Shown here piece by piece: positions 1-12,200 of a stretch of 64,000 nt of DNA. A program made the position numbers and the translations under genes. The stretch is taken from assembly GCF_011386835.1 (NCBI RefSeq), contig NC_088796.1, positions 130,138,001 through 130,202,000 of the forward strand. The letters run 5' to 3'. Position 1 is the first letter of the stretch. Each line of letters begins with the position of its first letter. The notes below the pieces were generated by a model, which had not been told where the DNA came from, searched no databases, and saw only the letters and a list, made by a program, of their open reading frames with translations. Origin of the DNA: Chrysemys picta bellii. Taxonomy: Eukaryota.

Positions 1-1755
1 TGAGGAAAGCACATCCATTTTTTCCTCTGGAGCCAAATATGTTTGTTTAGTATTCATAGATATAAGACAGATAAAGATGCCTTAGACTTAGCAGAACTAA
101 AAATGAATTGACAAAACATGATGGGAAATACCAAGGGGAATAGTCTCTAGTATTTTTATAAAACTAAAACCTAACGTTAGCCATTTGTCCTGCCCTGTTA
201 TCTACATGAATCTCCTTTTTAAAGTTCATTTTCTTGAAGAAGAAAAAAAGGCAAGACCTAACAGGAACTTGACCAAAGCGGTTTTACATTTTATGGGCCT
301 GTGCCCCTGCATTCTGGAAGCTCCCTCAAGCTACTGCTCCAGGTAGCCTTCCTACACTGCTGAGTCATTCTAGCAAGAACTGGATTGGTGAGATCAGTAC
401 TGCTATTGAACTGCACTGGAGCATGGTGTCTGCCAACGAGTGGGTGGTAATCCTGTTTTCATTCAGTGCTGCAATGCAGTTCCCTATTTTTCAACATTCT
501 TATTGTATTTTGTGTGAGGTAAGCATAAGGGAAACTATACGGTTGAACGAAACGGACTCAATTCCTCTCTTCTTCTCCTCCCCCCTCTCCCGAACTGTTC
601 TGCTTTGTTATCCATGGTGATATCAATATGACCACCTTAAGGCATGCTGGAATAATTATAACAGAGTTAAGCAGTAGTGTAGACAAGCCCTCAGATAGGT
701 GACCAACTTTGGGACTTTGAAAGGTGAGGAAGCCAAATGTAAATGTTTGGCAAAAATCCCTTCAAATTGTTCTGTCATTCAGCTCTCATGACTATGGTTA
801 GTGGGTTTTTTCCTTAGACCTTGGCACTTGATCTTTTTGCACCTCATGGCAAAACACTTCTGCTCATTAGCTGATAGTGACAGTGTTACTGTTTTGAGCA
901 CAGAGCAGAGAATTGTTTGCCTGGAGCCCCGTTTGGTGAAGGCAAGGAGGTGCTAACTTCCATTAACTCCTCAGTTTCAAGTATCCGAGAGTGGCTTTAG
1001 TTTGGTTACCTCTCATTTTTGTCTTATCTGATGTACAGTGGCCTTCTAGTGCAACTAAACTGAAGAATTCAGTAGGAGAATTTCTTCATCAGAGCCTCTT
1101 GAAATACTTAAACATGGCCACTTAAGCCTAGTGTCTTTCTCTTGTCTTGACTAGTGTTGTTTTTCTGTGTAAGTCTAACTTGTGCTGGGAAATCAAAATT
1201 CCCTTATTATCCTGTGATAACTACAGTATATTTGGCATGACTGTCTTTGTCGAACTGAACCAAAGGCTACGCGCTTTGCTAAAATTTACTGCATCTTGTG
1301 CTAAAGGTGATCCAGGCTAACCAAAATTCCTTGGCACTTGCTGTATAAAAAACAAGAGCTTGTGAAATGTTTTAAAATTGGCATTAAATGGAGTTGCCTT
1401 GGTTCTTGTAAACTTAGACCAGGGTATCTGAAGTCTGGCACTTATTGCAGGGAAGTGTCAGCCAAAAGTACTCAAGGGCTCTGATCCCTGTTTTCTAATC
1501 CATATTCGCTCAGTGTGACCCTGGGCCAGTCATTTTAGGTCTGAGGTAAACCAATTAGAATGTTAATAATGCAGAATTTCAAAATAAAGTAGATGCTGAA
1601 TCTAAACTGAGCTTTCATGTTGTAACTAAATTAGCCAAAAAAAAAAGTATGTAACCAGAGTAGAAGATCACTGATGAACACTATGCAAGATTGTGAGAAT
1701 ATAGTTATGGCTTAGAAATCATGTCATCCCCTGCTGGTACTTCTGTTTAAAACTA

Positions 1756-1926
1756 CACCTCTACCCCGAAATAACGCTGTCCTCGGGAGCCAAAAAATCT
1801 TACTGCATTATATCGAACTTGCTTTGATCCGCCGGAGTGCGCAGCCCCGGCCCCCCGAACCGCTGCTTTACTGCGTTCTATCCGAATTCGTGTTATATTG
1901 GGTTGCGTTCTATCGGGATAGAGGTG
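1756..1926. mobile_element. Tc1/mariner (Tigger-like) MITE
   Basis: Terminal inverted repeats (TIRs) CACCTCTACCCCGAAATAACGC / GCGTTCTATCGGGATAGAGGTG, with TA on both sides (1754-55, 1927-28). A second copy lies in the opposite orientation at 26626-26805. Confidence 0.88.
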
Positions 1927-4900
1927 TATATCAACTGTTTAGGATCGAAAGCTTGATTCAGTTAAACTTGTATTTGCTGGAAGTTTACTGCCTGCGTTCT
2001 AAATGTTGTGACAGTGGTGGTTACAGCTCCGTAGTTAAGAAAAAGGTTGAATCTGCTTTAACCCAGACTCAACTCCACCTTAAGTATGAAGAATAGTGTG
2101 TCCATGCCAAAATTATGGCATCCACTGAATACAGGATATTTCTGAGAATTTGAAAGTAAATCCATTAACTAACCTGGATTGAAATTAATTGGGAATGGAG
2201 CCTTTAAGAAATTTAGTGTTTGTTTGGTGTCAGACCTTGTAATGTCTCAGATGATCTTCATAATGGAATAACACATTCTTCAAATTTTCTGCATTGTTTG
2301 CCCTCCATTGAAATCTTGTGCACAGGCTACATCTGAATAACTGGATTGTAATTAAGCTAAATTAATGACTGTTGTATTTAGTTAGGATTGTATAATATTC
2401 CCAGAAAAAAAATAGATTAAGGTTGGAGGAAGGTTGGAAATACATATATGTACGTTAAGATAAGAAACATTACAGGGATATCATAACTGTCCCAAAACCA
2501 ACTCTCAATTTCTTGGGTTTATAACTTTTCAGGCTAGTGTGTTTGGATTTTAAATTTAATGTGTGAAAATGCAGTTAAAGGACCCAAACAACCTTAACTC
2601 TGCCGTGTAGTGACTCCATGCAGTAATCAAACAGTTACCGTGGATGCACATAGTGCTTGTTGGCCAGATTGAATTAAAATAACTTTTTAAGACCATTCGA
2701 TTTCTTTTTTCATTTTCTTTCTCATCATGTCCCACTGCTCACAAAAAAACTTCCTTTATATATGCATGTGCTATGAAATCTGGGGTCAAAATTTCTGGAA
2801 GTAGGAACCTAAAATTAGCCACATGCTTCTAAACAAGTGGTCTGATTTGTCAAAAATGCTGTGTGTGTGGCATCTAGCATTAACCTTCGTGGGAACGGCC
2901 GGCTGTTCAGCACTTAAAATTAGGTCACTAATGACTAAATGTGGGTTTAAGAGCCTAGAATTAGGCTTCTATTTTTAAACATCTTGGCCTGGATCTCCCT
3001 TGCAGAGGTCTGTAGCCAGGCCAGTCCAGGTGGATGCCACGCCTAGGTGCAGTTACTGAAATAAAAGACGAAAGGGGAAAAGTCTGCTGCAGAGGCTGAC
3101 CCGAATTAAAATAGGAAAGGAAATCAAGCTGATTAGGTCAAATTCAGGCATCTTTTTGAGCTGAGGGTGGTGAGGGTATCGCAGATTTGAGCACAAGCCA
3201 AGAGCCACCCCACACTGTTTGTATTACACCAGTAGGTTGAAAATTGAACTGAAATGAGAAGACGCACTGAATTAGTCGTCGTATCCGAGTTGGGTTCAAA
3301 AGGCCTAATCTATTGACTTTGTAGAGATTTCTTTGGGATGGGTATGAAAGTAAAACGCACATAGGTATTGTGAAGAAATGGGAAGCAGCTGTAGGTAGGG
3401 GAAACTATTACCTCAGTGGTCTCTGGTCTGAGCAATAATGGCCTCTTCATCTGTATGCATAATAATCAAAGCACTGCTTTGACGCAGATTTTGTATGTGT
3501 TGGAGATAATGTGGAGTGAACTGTATATTTTCTCCATATTTTTGTGGAAATGTGCAAAGGTTAGAAAATGTTGGTTTTCACTCCTGAAAACTGTTAAGGA
3601 AATCGCAGCCAAGGAATGATTATTGAAGCTCCTGGTTGTGCTGTTAGGTTTCCTTGTTAAAGGCATGTTGCCAAGGAGAAACGGATTTTACACCACTTGG
3701 TTTCTGCCAGACCTCATCTAGCCTAAAGCCATTATTTGAATATAAGTACAATTTTGAATGGCTGTAATAGATACAACTGATGTTTTGGTTTGATTGTTTA
3801 TGGTTGAGTAGTACTGCATGGAGGTCTCGGGGGCACTCCTCCACATTAGTCTAGAACTGTCTGCATCTGTCAGCACTGTCTGGTACACTTATATTGAAAA
3901 CAGAAACAAGTCTTTAAAAAAAATCACAAAACATGTTTGCGTTCTGCTCCTGGGAGTGGGACTATAACCAGTGAACCTTTCTCCCAGGATTATGCTTGCA
4001 TCAATGACTGTATTGCAAATAAAGTAAGCTAAAAAGCCACACTCATTTTTAAGCTCCATTAGAAATCTGTGGGAGTGAGAGAGGTGGGAGGAGAGAGAAT
4101 TGCTGTGTACCAAAGGGAAAGGAAATCAGTAATATTTGCTTTCAAGCTTCTATCTACTGATAAAGAATGGTGAACAGAAAAGACAAAACGGCTCGGGCAG
4201 CATTCTTCCTTTTTTTAAATAAAGGATTGCAGCTGACCATAAAAATACATCTTTAAGGCTTCTCTGACTCACTGTAGGATAGATAAATATTTCTTAATCA
4301 CATTTTTGAATCCAGTTAGTTGCTGTGGCAACCATGATTGGATATCTCTGCTATTCTTCCTTTGCAGTCGTATAGATATTTATATATCTGCAGACCTTTA
4401 TAAAGATGTAAATAATGTCTCCTTCCTTGGAACTCTCTTGTAGGCTCTAGAGAATACTCCCTTCTTTAGTCTGAATCCCAGAACTATTTAATAGAGAGCT
4501 TTAATTTCTCCCTTCCTCTGATGCTTCCTCTTTACTGGCGCCTACTATATGTTCCTGTGAGACCATTAGGAGTTCAAGAAACTCTGAATATCCAACTGCC
4601 TATTCTCCCTCCCTTTAAAAGTGTATTTAATGTTTCTGAAAGATGCCAAGTGGCAGTGCTGGAGAATGAAGTCCCCTGTATCTGTAGAACATGGTAAGCA
4701 GTACAGTCTGTCTTATTTCACCTTGTCTGTTGCTTCAGTCCCTACCAGCTGCAACCACCTGTAGTGAGAAGATAGTTCAGTGGCTGTGCCTATTTGATAG
4801 TTAACCTCTTTACTGTTTCCAGTAAATAGTATCATTTGTGATGGTGAGGTCTGTGATGTTCTCATGTGTGCACCATTCCTCAGTTCACATAGGCCCCTAA

Positions 4901-6695
4901 ATTAATGTTAGGTGAGAACTCCTTTTGATTACCACTAACCTGGACCAGATTCAAACCAGTGACCTGGAAGTGAAAGTCTCTATCTTATTACTGGACTCCT
5001 CCCCCATCTGGCCCAGCACCTCTTGGTCCCATGATGGAGCATTAAAACCTGTAGTTTCCCTTTCTAGAAGTGAGTGGAAAGTCAAACTGCTTTCCTGCCT
5101 CCTCTTAAAAACACACACACAAAAACGGAAATCTCTGGCATAGGAGGTCTAAATTATGTATGTTCTTAGCGCATACATTCTTGGTAGATTTGTTCCCTGT
5201 AGCATTTTAGCATTTGACTGAGTATTATTGCAAATTGTCCGGTCCAGCAGACACAGAATGAAGAAGAGCTGGTCAGTCTCAATATGTTTCTCTTTCTGAT
5301 GTCCTTAACCTTTGTGCACTTGCAAGGGCTCAAGAAAGTCATCTTTGTGAGAACAGCCCTTGTGCTCGTCCCCCATAGGAATAATTTGTCTTAATCACAT
5401 GAGGATCTTCTCCTTGTCCTACAAACCTGTCTCCTTTATACAGAGAGTGGTTGGCAGTGGAACATATCTTACCATGTGAAATAAGTGCTCATGCAAGTTT
5501 CTGATTTGGTGGATTCTGGGGCAACTTCCATAGCCACAATTTACTGCAGAACTACGCTCTAGTATCTGAGGTTTCATTTTTTTTTTAAGTAATATTACTA
5601 GCGCTTGTATAGCTAGAGCAGGGAACTGATCCCATTTTTCTTAATTGGCTGCTGACTCTGAAACCTAATGCAATACAAATGGCATCCCGGTTAACTGTTT
5701 ACTGCTGATCATTTTGCTAGACACATTGACTAGGTTTAGCTGTGCACATAAATATGGGGCAAATGTGTGGATGTGGAAGGTGGTAGCTGTAAATAACTGC
5801 TGGGATGATCAAATTAATTAAACCCTGCCCAAAATTTACAAGCGCCTCCAGGCCTACCCATCCTGGGTACCAAAAGCCCAGGTTGCCACTGTCCAGCTTT
5901 TAATGCCTTCAGCTTCCCTCCACCAACCTGTACAGTGCAGACCTGTCAAGAATCCTCCGTCTTGAGATTCACTCTTGCAGTTGCAAGATCTGTTGTGTTT
6001 TTGATGAGAGACAAACTACCCCACAAAATAGCCTGTACTCAAGGGAATGGGCACTGAGCTGCTAGTCCGGAGACAATCCGATGTATTCCACTTTGCCTTC
6101 TGACTTACTGTTCATATTTCTGCATACTTATAACCATTATTAACCAAGGTCTCATACACCTATCTTACAGGCAACTGTCATTTATTTGTTTTTCAGATGA
6201 GTGACTCAGAAGGCGCACAGTCTCACTTCAGAGAGAACTAGGAATAGAATCCCACTCTCTGATATGACAGTATAAATCTTTTCCTCTTTCCCACACTACC
6301 TTTCTGAAGAACTGGGCCAAATTACCATGTTATGTAACTCAGGCTACCAGTGTGGTTCTGTCTCCCTCTAGAGAAGAAACCATATATGGAAGATCATGAA
6401 TCTGCTATTTCCTCCATGCTCCTGATTATGGCCCTTTACTATTTGAATTAGAATTAGAGGCTTGGGGGTTTAGATCCAGAGATCCCAGATTCAGTTCTTG
6501 TGGACAATGCAAACAGGGATATCCTTACATTCCACTAGTCTGTCCAGACTACCACTAAACAATACTGTTTCCAGAGCCAGGAACAATGCAGAAATACTGA
6601 TATACAAATAAGTTTTGCAACACCTCTTTGAGGTAGGCAGGTGTATTATAGCCACTTTGCAGATAGGTAAACTGAGGCATAGTGCTTCATCATTA

Positions 6696-7803
6696 CTCCT
6701 GGGGCAATTCTGCGCCTCTGCACATGCTCAGAATTTATGTCCCGAGCAGATTTCTTTGCTTCCCTGCAGAAAAATGACTTTCTGACAGGAAAGCTGAGGG
6801 AAGCCACAAGAGCAGTCATGCGACCCTCCTTAGCAGTATGTTTCAAGTGCCCAGGGCAGCCACCAAAGAGATAAATCACTGTTTTTGGCAAAGGGCAGGA
6901 CTGGGGAAGACCCGGTTAGTGGCTCCTACCCTGAGCCGGACTCAGCTGCTAGTCCTGGCTGGGCTGAGGAGGACAGGACTTCCTCTTCCCCACGCAGCAT
7001 CTGAGGCTGAGTCAGACCCACCCCCAGATTTCTCTCCCTGGGGAAGTTCTGCAAACTCCCTTCTCCCCTCCACCCCCCTGCTTCCTGCACCCATCGCTCC
7101 TCAGCTGCAGGTGGAGGGATTCCCTGTACAGGGAGCTGCTCCCCCATCCACCCAGCCTCTGTACATCCAGACCCCCTTATATCCAGACCCTCCCACCGAG
7201 CCTCACTCCCCCGATGAGCCCCACTCCCCCAGCATCTGGACCCCCACACCAGACCCCCCCTGCCAACCCCGCCCCCCCCCCCCCCCCGCTCAGACCCCTC
7301 TCCCTGCTGAGCTCAACCACCTTCACATGGACCCCCCTGCAGAGTCCCATTACTGTTGCAACTAGAACCCGCCAACAAGCCCCTGTGCATCCAGATCTCC
7401 CTACCCCTGCACTTGGATCCCCCACTGAGCCACCCACACCCAGATTCCCTCCCATAGAAACTTCTTAACCCACACTTGGATCCCCCCATACTAAGCCCCT
7501 CCACACTTGGATCCTGCCTTGCTGAGCCTGCCTGCCCACACCTGGCATGGAGGGGCAGGGCCCTGAGGTGTTTCTGGGCCAGGCCCGGTCCTTGCACTGT
7601 ATCAGGGTTTGGTGCAGCCTCACCGCTAAGTACGTGTCCTGGGGGGAGCTGCACAGTGATCTCCCTCCCTCTGTGCAGCCAGTGACCTGTGCTCCCCAGT
7701 GCCACGCTGGAGCTTCCACATTTATTTGACAAATAAAATTGGCAGAATTTTAAAATATTGTGTGCAGAATTTTTTATTTTTTGGTGCAGAATGCCCTCCG
7801 GAG
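6696..7803. mobile_element. Non-autonomous TIR DNA transposon with C-rich low-complexity interior
   Basis: Ends (TA)CTCCTGGGGCAATTCTGC ... GCAGAATGCCCTCCGGAG(TA), about 18-bp imperfect TIR with TA flanks. The interior has repeated cagacccc/cccccc modules that produce the Pro- and Gly-rich ORFs. Superfamily is not certain. Confidence 0.75.
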
Positions 7804-8361
7804 TAATTATCTAAATGGCAGGACTGGAACTAGAATTCAGAAGTCCTAATTCTTGATTGCCTATTTCAGCCACCTGACTTTCCTTAATGATCTGCTAAAT
7901 ACAGAGATGTTCATCTCTTCCTGAAAAATCTAAACCATACAATTGAGGCTCTTGAGATTGCACTGGTACTCCCAGGCTGTGCCACTTCTCTGTACAAATA
8001 GAAGACTCCTTTCTGCAGGGGTAGTAAATGGGAGGAGATGCTGCTATGTGGTGCAGCACCATTAAGCCCAGTTGATGCTGGCTCAGCAGTTTTAAAAACT
8101 GTGCTTAAGCATGGTTTGAAGTTGATTGTAGCCAACCTGGACTCCAGTATGGTTTAACGGGCCAGTGCGTGGAGAGGGATTCAGCTTTGTTAGAGCTGCT
8201 GAGCATCTATAGAATTGAACAATATAAACCCAAGAGCACTTCTCTGTACAGGTCTTCAGCTAACTCACTCTTTAACCTCAATAGTTCATCCTCTTTGCTC
8301 TCTGTAAAGCACATAGATTGTAGTTTAAAAAGAAAACTGAATAATTTCTTTTCATCGTGGA

Positions 8362-8751
8362 TAGGTTTGGCAGAATTTAATTTTTATTTTTGTATAATTT
8401 TGATGGATAATATTTGTTTGTATATAAGCAATTTTTTCCCAGTATTTAGCAATTTTAAATTCCCACAGTTGTGGGAAACTAGGGGAAGGGGGGGATCAGA
8501 CAATAATTATTTACTGACAGTATGCGATTCAAAAGTGATAAAGCTTTCTAACCATTAAAACACAAATCGGCACCATCACGTCAAAATATACAAAGTAAAT
8601 ATTCTTAAATCAAGCTGCGTTCTCAAGCAGCATTTTCTCACTTTGCCTATCTGTAAGTTTGACTGCTATCGATGGAAATATTTTTTGTTCAATTTGTGGG
8701 TGTACGGTGAAATTAAGGTTTACCAATAAAAATCTGTTCCTTCGATGCCTA
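8362..8751. mobile_element. hAT-type MITE (AT-rich)
   Basis: Termini TAGGTTTGGCAG / CTTCGATGCCTA and 8-bp TSD ATCGTGGA / ATCATGGA (7/8). Homologous copy at 27021-27369. Confidence 0.85.
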
Positions 8752-9149
8752 ATCATGGATGTTGTGTGTCTGCAATTTTAATGCATTAAGAATGATTAAG
8801 AAACAGTCAGGGGGGGAGGGAACTGTTTCAAGGAGTCGAGTGATTTGTGTTCTCCTTCCTTTAAAAGTGGACTGTGAATTTAGCCTTTCTCTCTTGGATG
8901 ATCAAAGGTGGTAGGAGGATGACCCAACCATGGATGTAAGGGGCCCATCTAATACATTGATTCAACATTCCATTACAAAACATTTTCTCTAGTAGTCTCT
9001 TGTAACTCTGAAGTCAGTGGAGTTTTAGTCCTGTGAAACTAATATAATGGAGTGGAGAATCAGGACTATTATTCATTTTAAGATGATTTGCTGGACTGGA
9101 ACAGGAATATTAGATTTTTGATCTTGTAATATTGTTTTTCTTTCAACAG

Positions 9150-9243
9150 GATCAAATTTATGTAGCTATGAACTACAGGCATCTGAGTACACTAAAAATT
9201 CACAGGCCTCTAAGCTTTGTCCTAAGCTCCCGGTTCCAGAGAG
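9150..9243 (+). CDS. SLC44A1: SLC44A1 exon 5 (94 nt)
   Basis: Acceptor tttcaacag|GA, donor AG|gtaagt. Encodes (G)[30 protein letters not shown](S), matching the CTL1 LCSY...CPKLPVP motif. Not in the ORF track. Confidence 0.93.
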
Positions 9244-12200
9244 GTAAGTTTAACGGCTTCTTGTCTAATTGTTCATTTGTCTAAAAAAGATTTCATAAAA
9301 ATCTCACATAGAATAGTTTAGGTCACTCTATAACATACCTGTGTTTGTTTTTAGCATGTTAATTCTGTTGGTACAAAGGTCATCTTTAAAGAGACTCTGT
9401 CAACATAACACTTTAAAAAAAAAAAAAAGAAAGAAACCTACTGTGTTACTAGCGCTATTAAAACTGGAATATTACAAATGCTATTTGATGTTATATACTC
9501 AGTGTTGTGCTATGTGCTGCAATTCAGTTTGTTTGCCACCCTGAAGACTGGCTGCATTTTAGTGGTGCTGTTTGTACACAACGTATGAAGGGCTTTAGAA
9601 TGAAAGGTGGTATATGCATATAAAATATTACGTTTGTCATTTATGGTGTTTGCTTCTTGCACTTTACTCAGCCAGTTAAACTCGGTGGGTCTGTTTCATT
9701 TGCTGGTTCTCTGGTTGCGTCTAAGTTTCCAGCACTGGGATGCTTAAATGGCAGAAAGAAGAAAAAAGACCCAAATACCTGAAGGCACTCCTATTCATGT
9801 ATTACTACGTTTTGTAAATAAATCACTCTAGTTTTAATGCTTAAAATTTCAACGAAGATCTGCCTTGGCTGTTTTTGGTAAAGTCTATGGTAGTGCTTGT
9901 AACAAAGAGGATGCTGCTGGCATTGGGAGCCCAGCTGAATGTTGGAAGATTAGAGTGCTGCCCAGAAGTACAGGGGCAGTCAGCACTTCAGCTATACAGC
10001 AAATTTGGAGTTGTTCAGCAATGCGATTATTTTAGGGCTCAGTCCTGCAAACACTTCTGTGAGTGGTCCCACTGTCTTTAACGAGAGTTCTACAGCGGTG
10101 TTTGTGGCTTTGGGCTTCTGTGTTTTAGCTGAAATTGAAGGGGCTTGACAATGCAAACAGTTGTGACCCGGCATAGTTCTTACTTCAGAAACAACCTCAG
10201 TCGGATTATATCTGTTCAGGGTCAGACCATACATTCTCTTCATGGACATGAGTGTTGGCAAAGGAGAAACAGAGAAAAGTCCTGGAGAGGATATGTTCTA
10301 TCCATTTTAGGACCTGGAGTTTTAAATGTCTTTTGTTTACCTCGGTAACTTATCCAAGTTTAAATTGACTATGATAAGCAGCAACTCGAATGCTGACAAT
10401 AACATACTTTCTCTGAATCTTTTTTTTCTTTTCTTTTTTTACTGCAGTTCTACAGCCTATGCAACAGACCTAGGCATAGATGCTGCGCTACCTAACTAAA
10501 ATAAATAACAATTCCAGTGTTGTTTTGCACACTCAAATGGCTTGTCAGTTACAATTCTGGCAAAAATGAAATGTACTTTTCTTCCTAAATAGTTCCATGT
10601 CATTCAATAATAAGCAATCATGCAGATTTTATAATACAGTGCAAATTCCTGGCAAAATTGCTTTTTAAAATAGTCAGAAGGAGCTGTTATGTCAGTGGAG
10701 GGTTTCTCCATTTTATTCTACAGTTATAAGTTAAAATAAAAAGAAAAACATTCATTTAAATTTTAAAGTTTCCTAAAGTTTGATTTAAACCCCCAAAGAA
10801 AATGAAAGGAAATGCCCAATGGTTTGCCTTTAACTCACATAATTGTGTTTTCGATATTGTGCGAGTGCAGTTATTGGAGTGAACAAGCACATTTTGGAGA
10901 AGAAATGAAATGGTCTGAAGGATTGAAAAATAAAATAAACTGCAGGAAGAAGGATGTTGAGGAGGAAAACTCCCTGATGTTCCCTTCCTGGAAGCAGATC
11001 CTCATCTGGTGTAAATTATATCACTCTATTGAAGTCAATGGAATTGACTTCAGTGGAGCTATGTCAACTTAAGTCAGCTGAGAACTGTCCCCTGAAGTTT
11101 CCCAGTTGATCAATTCGGAGGTAGTGTGTTCCTCATGTCCTGCAGAGGAACCTAAAGATCTTGGGGGACTCTGACATTTCACCTTTGGCACTCTCTGTCC
11201 TTACTCGCTTTGGCTTCCTCACAGCACTGCCAAAGATAACCACGCCCTCCAGCCGTGCCTCCTGGAACCTCTTCCCTGTGCCAGAGAGCAGTTTCATTGC
11301 ATGAAGGTGGTTTTGGAGCAGGGAATCTAGCCAGTTTTCCCCTTTCCTTCCTGCCTCTACCTGTTCCAACTCTGCACAGCCCTGGCAGAGGAGCTTCCAT
11401 TGAGATTGGAGAGAAAAGGCGAGCATACCACTGCAGCAGAATGCTCCGTTCTGTTGGCTCAGGCTCCCCTACATGAGTTAAGAACATAAGAACATAAGAG
11501 AGGCCGTACCGGGTCAGACCAAAGGTCCATCTAGCTCAGTATCCTGTCTACCGACAGTGGACAATGCCAGGTGCCCCAGAGGGAGTGAACCTAACAGGCA
11601 ATGATCAAGTGATCTCTCTCCTGCCATCCATCTCCACACTCTGACAGACAGAGGCTAGGGACACCATTCCTTACCCATCCTGGCTAATAGCCATTAATGG
11701 ACTTAACCACCATGAATTTACCCAGTTCTCTTTTAAACTCTGTTATAGTCCTAGCCTTCACAACCTCCTCAGGTAAGGAGTTCCACAAGTTGACTGTGCG
11801 CTGCGTGAAGAAGAACTTCCTTTTATTTGTTTTAAACCTGCTGCCTATTAATTTCAGTTGATGACCCCTAGTTCTTGTATTATGGGAATAAGTAAATAAC
11901 TTTTCCTTATCCACTTTCTCCACATCACTCATGATTTTATATACCTCTATCATATCCCCCCTTAGTCTCCTCTTTTCCAAGCTGAAGAGTCCTAGCCTCT
12001 TTAATCTCTCCTTATATGGGACCCGTTCCAAACCCTTAATCATTTTATTTGCCCTTTTCTGAACCTTTTCTAGTGCCAGTATATCTTTTTTGAGATGAGG
12101 AGACCACATCTGTACACAGTATTCGAGATGAGGGCGTACCATCGATTTATATAAGGGCAATAATATATTCTCGGTCTTATTCTCTATCCCCTTTTTAATG

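Noticed and set aside
6838-7732. Overlapping Pro-rich and Gly-rich ORFs (up to 175 aa) on both strands
   Set aside because: They lie wholly inside the TIR-bounded element 6696-7803 and arise from C-rich low-complexity modules. There is no recognisable domain or splice context.
1-9149. SLC44A1 exon 4 or earlier exons
   Set aside because: No YVFFLDPCN- or CVAACP-like coding segment with splice sites was seen. The short ORFs here are non-coding.
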